Of a DNA stretch of 64,000 nucleotides, positions 56,164 to 64,000 are shown piece after piece. Each line of letters opens with the position of its first letter. Positions within the stretch are counted from its first letter, which is position 1. The DNA lies in the IMG/VR virus record IMGVR_UViG_3300032116_000009. One strand, 5' to 3'. A program made the position numbers and the translations under genes. This DNA is from a virus. Taxonomy: Duplodnaviria; Caudoviricetes. Under the pieces are notes generated by a model. That model saw only the letters and a program-made list of their open reading frames with translations. It made no database searches and was not told the origin of the DNA.

Positions 56164-56948
56164 AGCTTAAATGTTGGAATAGATTCCATTTTGTGTTTAT
56201 TTTGAATGTGAAACTTTTGATATACATTGATCGCATTTGTTTCTTCCTCATTATGGAACATAGGATCTTCTGACAATCCTTTTTCCATAACCCACTCAAG
56301 TAAAGAGTAAGAAGTTCCAATTTGATCTTCATCTGTTCTACCATCATCCCACAAACCATCAGTGGGTGCTGCAGAAATAATTCTTTCATCAATACCCAGA
56401 TGTTCTCCAAGCATCCATACTTCAGTTTTATAAAGATCTGCAATAGGTGCAATATCTACACCACCGTCCCCATATTTAGTATAAAATCCTACACCATAAT
56501 CTTCAACTTTATTTCCAGTACCAACTACAATACCACCAACAGATCCAGCAATTTGATATAAAGTTACCATACGAACTCTAGATCTTGTATTGGCTTGTGC
56601 AAGTTTATTTGTTGCAAACTGTTCCCCCATATCACTTGCAATGGTTTGCAAAAATGAATCATAAACCTGACTCATATCAGTTTTGATAAACTCAACGTTG
56701 TAGAATTTTTCAGATAACCATATACCATGAGCATCAGAAAGAGATTCTTGATTTTCAAGTTGATTAATAGGCATACCCACAACGTAGGTTTTGATACCAG
56801 TCAAAGCACAAAGAGTAGAAACTACGGAAGAATCAATACCTCCTGAAATTCCTACTACAAGACTTTTAATATTATAATAGATACAGTAATCAGAAATCCA
56901 TTTAACAATACGATCTTCTAAGTCACTATAATCTTTGATTCGATTCAT
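56160..56948 (-). CDS. nadE: NH3-dependent NAD+ synthetase
   Basis: GISGGIDSS PP-loop; ANTRSRVRM, GTGNKVE, FYTKYGDGGVDIAPIADLYKTEV and PTDGLW...TDEDQIG. Confidence 0.92.
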   Translation of the reverse strand: MNRIKDYSDLEDRIVKWISDYCIYYNIKSLVVGISGGIDSSVVSTLCALTGIKTYVVGMPINQLENQESLSDAHGIWLSEKFYNVEFIKTDMSQVYDSFLQTIASDMGEQFATNKLAQANTRSRVRMVTLYQIAGSVGGIVVGTGNKVEDYGVGFYTKYGDGGVDIAPIADLYKTEVWMLGEHLGIDERIISAAPTDGLWDDGRTDEDQIGTSYSLLEWVMEKGLSEDPMFHNEEETNAINVYQKFHIQNKHKMESIPTFKL

Positions 56949-57724
56949 TGATCTTTTACCTTAGCTAGAATTACAGTATTTTCATAATCTTTAGAAGTAG
57001 TAAACTCAAAACGTTCACTCATTCTATCGGTAAACTTATTATAATAGAAATCGTTAAAGTTGACAAGATTATAAATGATGTAAGCAAACTTAGAATTTGC
57101 AACTAACTTATCATAGTAATTAATTTGAGTATCATAATCACACTCAGATAGAGCATAATTACTAATAAAAAGGTCTACATCTTTTACTTCCTCAAGGTCA
57201 TCACAACTAATGAACTTGCATTTTTTTGCGAGTTCAGGAAAGTTATTGATATATTTTTCTTGCACTTTGACTGCTTCAGGCAAGTCAACAAGAATATACT
57301 CGTCAAAATCACAGACAACACTAAGAGTCTTACAAAGTCCGCCATACCCGCCACCAACTTCTACTACACGACTAATAGGAGACTCACCTAGAAGAGTCGC
57401 CATCTCAAATACATTTTTAATGTATCTAATTGTAGTGGGAGAGATTTTACCCGTTTCTGGATAAGAAAACTTATCTGGAGTACCAATAAGATCGTTTTCT
57501 TTAAAAGCCTCCAAATTTTCAAGTAGTGCATCTGAAGCCATTTCCATGGCTAGTTGTAGATACTCTGAACCTTGACGAGGAGTTACGTGTTCAAGAATAT
57601 TTTTATATCCTTGAAGTGATTTAAATTTTGCAAAAACTTCATCATCTTCAACTGCACTGCGACAAGTTTCAAGATAATCAATTGCAATTTTTTCTTCAGC
57701 TTCCCAGCCCTTATAAGTACTCAT
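56945..57724 (-). CDS. Putative sugar O-methyltransferase
   Basis: ISPTTIRY, VVEVGGGYGG (SAM motif I), LVDLPE and ISNYALSE. Confidence 0.8.
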   Translation of the reverse strand: MSTYKGWEAEEKIAIDYLETCRSAVEDDEVFAKFKSLQGYKNILEHVTPRQGSEYLQLAMEMASDALLENLEAFKENDLIGTPDKFSYPETGKISPTTIRYIKNVFEMATLLGESPISRVVEVGGGYGGLCKTLSVVCDFDEYILVDLPEAVKVQEKYINNFPELAKKCKFISCDDLEEVKDVDLFISNYALSECDYDTQINYYDKLVANSKFAYIIYNLVNFNDFYYNKFTDRMSERFEFTTSKDYENTVILAKVKDQ

Positions 57725-58521
57725 TTCCAGTAAGTTTCGTAGAGGTGATCTTCTGCCACTGGCAGATTGTTGGCACGTTCAAAGTTATCTTTAATCGCAT
57801 CCATTTTAGAATAATAAAGTTCTTCTGTCAATGTAGAAACATCAAAGTTGTCATCCAAGAATATAATACCATCCTCGTTGAAATACTCTGTTACTCCTCT
57901 ACAACCGTAGAAGATGGGGATTGTCCCTGTTGCGAAACAGTCCGTTAGTTTCTCTGTAAAGTATGTATCATAGACGGCATTCTCTACGGCAATAGAGAAC
58001 ATATAATCTCTAAGTCCATCTTCTTTTCTATTAAGATCACGAAATCCACGACCATAAAGATCAACTTGATCCTTGAATTTATCTACAAATTCTAGTCTTT
58101 TACGGTGCCCAGGAACCATAGACTTGTTTGATGAGATCATTGAAACAAGTTTAGTCTTTTTAAATACCTGTCTATCTTCTACCCAAGGAGCTGCGTTTGT
58201 AAGTGCATATTGAAACTTAGGGTACTTCTCACAAAGTTCTTTATCTGGAGAAAGAATACCATCAACTCTAGATGCAACAAACTCATAGTTTGCGAGAATC
58301 CAATCATAAACTCCTTGAATAATTTGTTTGGATTCAAGAAGCCAAATATATTTGGGTGTACTAGAGACATCTTGAAAAATGTCAAGAGATCTCTGATTTA
58401 CATATAGACTTACAGATCCAGAACCATCATAAACCCATTCAGTATACTTGGAAGTATTTTTATCTGAGGTAGAAGGAAGAAGAGAGTCGTTACAATAAAG
58501 ATTAATTTTGAACTTGCTCAT
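57721..58521 (-). CDS. GT10-like (alpha-1,3-fucosyltransferase-like) protein
   Basis: YMFSIAVEN...YFTEKLTDCFATGTIPIFYG, the GT10 motif. Confidence 0.75.
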   Translation of the reverse strand: MSKFKINLYCNDSLLPSTSDKNTSKYTEWVYDGSGSVSLYVNQRSLDIFQDVSSTPKYIWLLESKQIIQGVYDWILANYEFVASRVDGILSPDKELCEKYPKFQYALTNAAPWVEDRQVFKKTKLVSMISSNKSMVPGHRKRLEFVDKFKDQVDLYGRGFRDLNRKEDGLRDYMFSIAVENAVYDTYFTEKLTDCFATGTIPIFYGCRGVTEYFNEDGIIFLDDNFDVSTLTEELYYSKMDAIKDNFERANNLPVAEDHLYETYWK

Positions 58522-59359
58522 TCTTCATTGCCTCAAATACTTTAGCGATACCTTGATCAATTGTCGTTTTCGGAGTCCACCATTTCATTAAGTAAGTATC
58601 TGGTCTATTTCTCTTATCCATTTGAACACTATCTTTTTCTGATGATGGTTGTATTGTCACATCATATCTACCAATCAAATTAAACTGTCCACAAATTATG
58701 TTCGCAACATCAAGGATCTTTGTAGAGTGGAAGCTGGTGATGTGAAGATTGTCTTCAGAAGTAAAATCATTGTAATTTTCCATGATCGTTTCAAGTGCTT
58801 CACAGCAGTCTTCTGCGTATAGAAACTCTCTTTCCTCTTTACCATCAGTAAGCATGTCAATAACACCAGTTTCAAAACCCTTGCGGATGAAGTCCGTAAT
58901 GACATGGGATTTTTCGTGATCTTTTTCAATTCCATAAACATTCCAAAACTTTACGATCAGACCATTCAATGATTTGGTATAGAGTTCTCCAACATTTTTA
59001 AGTACACCATACGGAGAATAACTCATGTTACTCATTTGAGATGATGCAAATACAAACTTCTTATTATATTTTTTAAGAAGTCCAAAAGCATTAGCCATCA
59101 GACGAGTGTTGTTATCAATAAACTGGAAAGTATGTTGATACTTTTTCAGATAACGAGAACCACCGACATCAAATGCAAGGAAGAATACAAAATCAGAATC
59201 AGAAATTCTTTCTTCCAAAAGAGGATTAGGGATGAGCGTCATATCCTCATGAGGATTGTTTACTACGTCAAATTCATAGACATAGTGACCCTTAGAACGC
59301 AAATAATCTGTAAGGTAGGCACCAATTTGCCCACTAGAACCGAGTACTGTAATTTTCAT
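58502..59359 (-). CDS. NAD-dependent epimerase/dehydratase
   Basis: GSSGQIG, FASS, YGVLK (YxxxK), NVYG and REFLYAED. Confidence 0.85.
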   Translation of the reverse strand: MKITVLGSSGQIGAYLTDYLRSKGHYVYEFDVVNNPHEDMTLIPNPLLEERISDSDFVFFLAFDVGGSRYLKKYQHTFQFIDNNTRLMANAFGLLKKYNKKFVFASSQMSNMSYSPYGVLKNVGELYTKSLNGLIVKFWNVYGIEKDHEKSHVITDFIRKGFETGVIDMLTDGKEEREFLYAEDCCEALETIMENYNDFTSEDNLHITSFHSTKILDVANIICGQFNLIGRYDVTIQPSSEKDSVQMDKRNRPDTYLMKWWTPKTTIDQGIAKVFEAMKNEQVQN

Positions 59360-59928
59360 CAGACAATTGTGATTTCGTGTGCATTTCCAAAGTTGACAAT
59401 ACCAGTACCACTCATATGAGCAATCTCAGTAACATCAAACTTTTCTTCAGGAATTTCATCCCACATTAGTTGAATATCAGGCCAGTCAGGTCCAATATCA
59501 TCATGAATCATGATACCTTTCCAACCTTTATCACGTAACCAGTCCATCATGACACGTTCTTGTGAACCATCATGTGGATCTACATCGATCATTACAATAG
59601 AAACATTATCCCAGTCGATTGTATCATCTTGCATAAAGTCCTGAATCTTCCAAGTAATATTTTCTCTTTTAATATTACTTGCACCTTGTTCAACTAGATC
59701 ATAACTAATTACCTTATTGGTTGGATTATATGAAAGTGCAAGACCAGATCCTCCAGTACGAGTTCCAATATCTAAGATAGTAGTTTTATTAAAAAATGTA
59801 GATAAGTAAGCATAAAGACGATACTCACTTTGACCTGCAGGGAGCCAATCATTTTGATTTAGAGACATATCTCTAAGATGACTAACATCCAGATTCTTTA
59901 CATGTTCTTTAATTATTTCAATTTTCAT
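59359..59928 (-). CDS. Class I SAM-dependent methyltransferase
   Basis: ILDIGTRTGGS, MIDVDPHDG and HDDI. Confidence 0.8.
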   Translation of the reverse strand: MKIEIIKEHVKNLDVSHLRDMSLNQNDWLPAGQSEYRLYAYLSTFFNKTTILDIGTRTGGSGLALSYNPTNKVISYDLVEQGASNIKRENITWKIQDFMQDDTIDWDNVSIVMIDVDPHDGSQERVMMDWLRDKGWKGIMIHDDIGPDWPDIQLMWDEIPEEKFDVTEIAHMSGTGIVNFGNAHEITIV

Positions 59929-60976
59929 TATTCTTCTCAGCAATTTGTTCAGAAATCCATGCGTATGTTTTACGAATACCTTCTTCTAGAGTCTGTGAAT
60001 AATCCCATCCTAGTTCCCTACGAACTACATCATTATTAGAATTACGACCACGGACACCAAGGGGACCATCAATATGATTCTTCTCTACTGTTTTACCTGA
60101 TACTTTAGCCGCAGTATCCACAAGTTGATTAATGGTAACCATTTCTTCAGAACCAATATTTACAGGTCCAATAAAATCACTATCCATTAGTCTTCTAGAC
60201 GCTTCAATGCATTCATCAATGTACAAGAAGGAACGAGTTTGTAGGCCATCTCCCCACACCTCGATGGATCCACCTTCTTTCGGGAGGTAAGCGACTTTAC
60301 GGCAGATTGCAGCTGGAGCTTTTTCTCTTCCACCTTCCCAGGTTCCTTCTGGGCCGAAGATGTTGTGATAACGAGTAACACGAACAGGAATACCGTAATT
60401 ACGGTGATAAGCGAAGTAAAGTCTCTCCGAGAATAATTTTTCCCATCCATATTCAGAATCCGGATTAGCAGGATAAGCAGACTCTTCACGACAATCTGGA
60501 TTGTCAGGATCTAGTTGATTGTGCTCTGGATACATGCAAGCAGAACCAGAGTAGAAAATTTTAGTTTTAGTAGTGCCAAGTTTTTCATTCATCTGACGTT
60601 GCATTTCAAGAACGTTCAGATTAATAGTAACAGAATTATGCATAATATCTGCATCGTTCTCGCCAGTGAAAACGAATCCAGCACCACCCATATCAGCAGC
60701 AAACTGATAGATCTCATCAAATGACTGAATATAACGATAAGGAACTGACTGATAAAAGTTTCCCCTATCTCCTTTATATTCAAGGACACGACGAACAAAA
60801 TCTACATCACGCAGATCCCCTTGAATAAATTCGTTTGCTTCAGTTGGAGAATACTCAGGATACTTAAGGTCTACACCACGAACCCAGTAACCTTCGGAAC
60901 GAAGTCTACGAACCATATGACTTCCAATAAAGCCACCGGCACCAAGCACAAGTGCCTTTTTAATATATTGACTCAT
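59918..60976 (-). CDS. NDP-sugar epimerase (GDP-mannose 3,5-epimerase-like, WcaG superfamily)
   Basis: GAGGFIGSH, QFAADMGGAG, YSGSACMYP, YGWEKLFSE, GGREKAPAAICRK and GVRGRNS; start set at ATG 60976. Confidence 0.92.
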   Translation of the reverse strand: MSQYIKKALVLGAGGFIGSHMVRRLRSEGYWVRGVDLKYPEYSPTEANEFIQGDLRDVDFVRRVLEYKGDRGNFYQSVPYRYIQSFDEIYQFAADMGGAGFVFTGENDADIMHNSVTINLNVLEMQRQMNEKLGTTKTKIFYSGSACMYPEHNQLDPDNPDCREESAYPANPDSEYGWEKLFSERLYFAYHRNYGIPVRVTRYHNIFGPEGTWEGGREKAPAAICRKVAYLPKEGGSIEVWGDGLQTRSFLYIDECIEASRRLMDSDFIGPVNIGSEEMVTINQLVDTAAKVSGKTVEKNHIDGPLGVRGRNSNNDVVRRELGWDYSQTLEEGIRKTYAWISEQIAEKNNEN

Positions 60977-61016
60977 TTTTTGATCAAAAATAATAATCTC
61001 AATAGTATATATTATA

Positions 61017-61048
61017 CTAAAAAAGGTGGGTTTATGCAACCCACCTTT
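61017..61048 (-). terminator. Intrinsic terminator directly after the structured RNA
   Basis: AAAGGTGGGTT-loop-AACCCACCTTT followed by a T-run. Confidence 0.8.
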
Positions 61049-61049
61049 G

Positions 61050-61195
61050 TAACTCAGGCTCGCCACCTATTCTTTTTGACGAACGGAAAAATAGGAAACC
61101 GTTGCAGATGCTCCGCACCAGTTGGCATATTTAAAGACCCTTACCAACGGGGTCAGAATGGGTCATTGACTCCACCACCTAGTTTACCAAACTAG
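61050..61195 (-). ncRNA. manA/wcaG-class cyanophage structured RNA
   Basis: Hairpins CTAGTTT/AAACTAG and GACCC/GGGTC; interleaved AACGG/CCGTT and CCTATT/AATAGG pairings (pseudoknot); two UGGYG copies; upstream of a WcaG-family gene. Family assignment is from memory. Confidence 0.6.
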
Positions 61196-61415
61196 GAAAA
61201 GTTAGTTGAATTAATTTTGGAATTTCAATTGCGGCATAGAAAGCACACAATACAAGAATATCCCAAAACTTATACTTGATTGCAAAAGGAACGACAAAGA
61301 CATTGCCGATACATTTTACAAGTAATCCAACTTTAGGATCTCCCCATAACAGAACAAAATATCCTGAAAGAAGGAGGAGATTTCCAATGTATCGAAAAAG
61401 ATTCGATTTAGACAT
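61179..61415 (-). CDS. Small membrane protein
   Basis: Three hydrophobic segments; the stop codon lies in the first hairpin of the ncRNA. Confidence 0.6.
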   Translation of the reverse strand: MSKSNLFRYIGNLLLLSGYFVLLWGDPKVGLLVKCIGNVFVVPFAIKYKFWDILVLCAFYAAIEIPKLIQLTFPSLVN

Positions 61416-61441
61416 AAGGGGTTTGCTCCCGACCAGTGCTG

Positions 61442-61702
61442 TTATAGACCATCCGTGTCTTCATCATCCCGAACATAACAGGGAACTCGATCTGGATCTA
61501 ACCATTTCGCATACTCAATGTCTTCCATTGCAGTAGTACATTGTAGACCATTATCAAAAAGATAAATGTCATTCCAGCGTTTGGTATAAGAATCCTTTTT
61601 TTGCATTCTATAATCAGGCATACCATTGAGTTCAATGATACCTTTTTGAACAAACCTATATCCTTCTCTTTCAAGAAGAACTTTAGGGAGTGTTTCGATC
61701 AT
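61442..61702 (-). CDS. Conserved cyanophage hypothetical protein
   Basis: YRFVQKGIIELNGMPDYRMQK...YLFDN.LQC..AMED.EYAKWLD. Confidence 0.75.
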   Translation of the reverse strand: MIETLPKVLLEREGYRFVQKGIIELNGMPDYRMQKKDSYTKRWNDIYLFDNGLQCTTAMEDIEYAKWLDPDRVPCYVRDDEDTDGL

Positions 61703-61920
61703 TATGCAAGAACTCCTTCAGCTTCCAGATCATTATAAATGTATTCCATCAAGATTTCATAATCATCAAGAGGATCACCTGAAAACATTGCACCATTAGA
61801 TTCATAAAACCTACGAACTTTTTTGTAAAGTTTCGGATTCTTCACATCGAGATAAGATTCTCCATTCGCAGCAGACTTCAGGGTTTGAAGATCTTTTTTG
61901 AATTTAGCAGTGAGTGACAT
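61702..61920 (-). CDS. Conserved cyanophage hypothetical protein
   Basis: LDVKNPKLYKKVRRFY..G..FSGDPLDDYEIL. Confidence 0.75.
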   Translation of the reverse strand: MSLTAKFKKDLQTLKSAANGESYLDVKNPKLYKKVRRFYESNGAMFSGDPLDDYEILMEYIYNDLEAEGVLA

Positions 61921-61944
61921 TTTTTTTGTTTTGTTTACCTTGTT

Positions 61945-61973
61945 ATTATAGGGGTTAGACTTAGAGAAGTCAA
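61945..61973 (-). promoter_or_regulatory. Sigma70 promoter downstream of the tRNA pair
   Basis: TTGACT-N17-TATAAT. Confidence 0.75.
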
Positions 61974-61997
61974 GATGGACGGTTTAAAAACTGTCCA

Positions 61998-62070
61998 TGC
62001 TGGTTGAGGGGATCGAACCCACCTGAGACCGATTATGAGTCGGGCGCTTTCACCAGATAGCTAAACCAGC
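61998..62070 (-). tRNA. tRNA with CAU anticodon (elongator Met or lysidine Ile2)
   Basis: GCTGGTT acceptor, CCCGA-CTCATAA-TCGGT anticodon arm and GTTCGATCC T-arm. Confidence 0.88.
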
Positions 62071-62073
62071 AAG

Positions 62074-62145
62074 TAGGACTGCAGAGAATTGAACTCTGTT
62101 CACACCGTTATAAGCAGTGGGCCTTAACCAATAGGCGACAGTCCC
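62074..62145 (-). tRNA. tRNA-Ile(UAU)
   Basis: GGGACTG/CAGTCCT acceptor, CACTG-CTTATAA-CGGTG anticodon arm and CAGAG-TTCAATT-CTCTG T-arm. Confidence 0.85.
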
Positions 62146-62155
62146 ATAAAAACCC

Positions 62156-62184
62156 AGTTTAGTTTGGGTAAGTAAACTTGTCAA
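62156..62184 (-). promoter_or_regulatory. Sigma70 promoter for the tRNA pair
   Basis: TTGACA-N17-TAAACT, with the -10 about 10 nt before the tRNA-Ile 5' end. Confidence 0.75.
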
Positions 62185-62393
62185 GTACCTTCTTCGTGGT
62201 CGGTATGTATTCGTATGAGTTCTTCATCCGAAGGAAGATCTTCAAATATTTTTACAACTTCTTTGTGTGGCACAATAATTGCGGTTCCGTGTTCACTAAC
62301 AATTCTAAAAGATTCACCATCTTCAACTCTATTAAAGAGTTCGTCGAATCTATTTTGGAATTCCTCAACCGTGAATTGTTCCATTGATTTCAT
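62181..62393 (-). CDS. Phd/YefM antitoxin-like small protein
   Basis: FTVEEFQNRFDELFNRVEDGESFRIVSEHGTAIIVP fits the Phd N-terminal pattern. Confidence 0.6.
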   Translation of the reverse strand: MKSMEQFTVEEFQNRFDELFNRVEDGESFRIVSEHGTAIIVPHKEVVKIFEDLPSDEELIRIHTDHEEGT

Positions 62394-62430
62394 TTCGTTA
62401 GACTTATTTTAACTTAGATTTTTACCGTTG

Positions 62431-63672
62431 TCAAGGGGCCTTTCTGATTTTTATTGCATCCCATATTCGTTGGAATTCTGGGAATGTTTCTATAACACTT
62501 TCATTTCTTAATTTATCAAACTTTCTCATCGATCTTAAGAAATCTGGTATCAATAATTGTTCTTGGTACAAATCTATGTAAGTTATTAGACTTTCAAAGA
62601 AAATTACACTCCTAGTAGATCCATTCGGTATTAAGAAATTATCAATATGATTTCTAATATTTTCTTTTGCAGCTTGTTTGGTTTTTTTATCCAATACCCA
62701 AACAGTCATTTCTCTTGGACCTTGCATGAAATTTAAGAAGAAGTAATCAATATTCTTCATTAGTCCACTATTATAAAGATATTGATGTAATGTAACAACA
62801 TCAAAAATATTCAATGCTTGGACTGTACAATCAAAATGCAATTCATGAGTATGTTCCTTATCTTTGAATCTTTCTCTAAATTGTTTTGCATGTGAAAGAA
62901 ACCTGTCCCACTTAAATCCTTTCCTAATCAATTCACCTCTTTTTCCTACACCATCAACACTTATATGCACTTCTACAGCGTTATTAAACTTATCCCACAA
63001 ATCGAAAATATGTCTTCCTTTATAAATTAGATTACTAAAGTTACTATTATAAGCAAGAGTAACTTCATCATTTTTACCTAGTTCAACTAATTTGTCTAAG
63101 ATTTTCCAATGTTCATCTATGATTAATGATTCTCCACCAGAGAAATATAAATGTTTAGCAACACCTAGATAAGGTTCTACTTCTTCATATGCTTTCTCAG
63201 ATGCGTTCCACCTTCCAGAAATCTTACCAGTTTGTTCTAATTCAAAACTAGAACTGGAGGTTACACTACACATCCTACACTTGAAGTTACATTTACTACT
63301 CAGTTTTACATCCCATTGAACAAATCCAGGTTCTGTAACTGAGTAATCATCATTTGTTTTATAAACAAATTCAGGATAATCTCTAAACAAACTACCATTT
63401 AAGTCTTGTCTGAGGGAACTCTTTCCAGCCTTTTCATTAACATAACATACCTCACAATTTTTATGAGGTACTCCATTAAGCATGTTTTCTCTAAGTTTCT
63501 TTATGGGATCATCATTCCAAATTTCCCATAAAGATTTTTGTTTGATATCTCCATAAAGATATTCAGAAACACAACAAGGCTTCACTTCACCATCTTGACG
63601 AATATCTAGATTCATCCAAGGTGCAACACAAAAAACTTTACCGTTTACATTAATTCTACTTGTATCAATCAT
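62431..63672 (-). CDS. Radical SAM protein with N-terminal SPASM/twitch Cys cluster
   Basis: FCVAPW...KPCC...CEVC, then CNFKCRMC (CxxxCxxC) and FSGGESL. Confidence 0.9.
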   Translation of the reverse strand: MIDTSRINVNGKVFCVAPWMNLDIRQDGEVKPCCVSEYLYGDIKQKSLWEIWNDDPIKKLRENMLNGVPHKNCEVCYVNEKAGKSSLRQDLNGSLFRDYPEFVYKTNDDYSVTEPGFVQWDVKLSSKCNFKCRMCSVTSSSSFELEQTGKISGRWNASEKAYEEVEPYLGVAKHLYFSGGESLIIDEHWKILDKLVELGKNDEVTLAYNSNFSNLIYKGRHIFDLWDKFNNAVEVHISVDGVGKRGELIRKGFKWDRFLSHAKQFRERFKDKEHTHELHFDCTVQALNIFDVVTLHQYLYNSGLMKNIDYFFLNFMQGPREMTVWVLDKKTKQAAKENIRNHIDNFLIPNGSTRSVIFFESLITYIDLYQEQLLIPDFLRSMRKFDKLRNESVIETFPEFQRIWDAIKIRKAP

Positions 63673-64000
63673 TGCCCAGAACTCTCTCTAATTCAGGAAA
63701 AACTTCTAAAGAATTTTCATTCCGTATACTATCTAGTGCAGACATATAAGCTTTAAAATGCGGAATTAGATTATCTTTCTTATCTGTAGATAAAAGTTTA
63801 AGAATCGATATGTATTGTTTAATTGATTCTTGTGCCTTTGCTGGTACAAGATAATTTTCTATATGATATTTAATCTTTTCTCCAAGTAGTTTTCTTGACT
63901 TAGAATCAAGAATAAGAACTGACATGAAATCTGGATTATGCAAAATACACAAAGAAAATTCATCCCAACTCTTAATTATTCCTCTGAGGTAAAGCTCTTT
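63665..64000 (-). CDS. C-terminal part of a probable radical SAM paralog (runs off the right edge)
   Basis: Frame open to base 64000; the C-terminus (HIENYLVP...LDSIRNENSLEVFPEL) parallels the 62431 gene (HIDNFLIP...FDKLRNESVIETFPEF). Confidence 0.65.
   Translation of the reverse strand, partial: KELYLRGIIKSWDEFSLCILHNPDFMSVLILDSKSRKLLGEKIKYHIENYLVPAKAQESIKQYISILKLLSTDKKDNLIPHFKAYMSALDSIRNENSLEVFPELERVLGND

Noticed and set aside
60977-61195. Extended start of the epimerase (61066) and the plus-strand ORF 60821-61195
   Set aside because: Both run through the terminator and structured RNA; the conserved Rossmann start is at 60976.
1-64000. Stop-codon reassignment or alternative genetic code
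   Set aside because: Core genes (gp32, thyX, psbA, psbD, talC, phoH) are full length under the standard bacterial code, and no suppressor tRNA is present.

Overview
This is a 64 kb fragment of an AT-rich T4-like cyanomyophage genome, most likely infecting a picocyanobacterium (Synechococcus/Cyanobium type). Most genes are on the minus strand. From left to right: baseplate, tail and head-completion genes (gp51, gp26, gp54/gp19-like, gp4, gp2-like, gp48 and a greatly enlarged gp53); replication and late-transcription genes (gp32, gp59, gp33, exonuclease, phoH, thyX); auxiliary metabolic genes (speD, glutaredoxin, talC, psbA, psbD, peroxiredoxin, petF, two hli, a Som-type porin, nadE); three tRNAs (Ala-UGC, CAU, Ile-UAU); and several glycan or small-molecule modification islands (GT2, GT25 x4, GT11 x3, GT10, GT8-like, ugd, epimerases, methyltransferases, kdsA/kdsB, two amidinotransferases, a DegT aminotransferase, 2OG-Fe(II) oxygenases, radical SAM enzymes). 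The most striking element is at 15.9-16.6 kb. A perfect NtcA box and a sigma70 promoter lead into two tandem glnA-type (glutamine) aptamers. Each aptamer has its P2 loop expanded to 133-205 nt and holding a small ORF whose AUG sits in the P2 stem. The two nested peptides share a C-x35-C pattern, and a DUF4278-like gene follows. The second highlight is a five-member paralog family with a ParB/Srx-like motif surrounding a glycosyltransferase next to psbA. All family assignments come from motif recognition by eye; no database searches were run.
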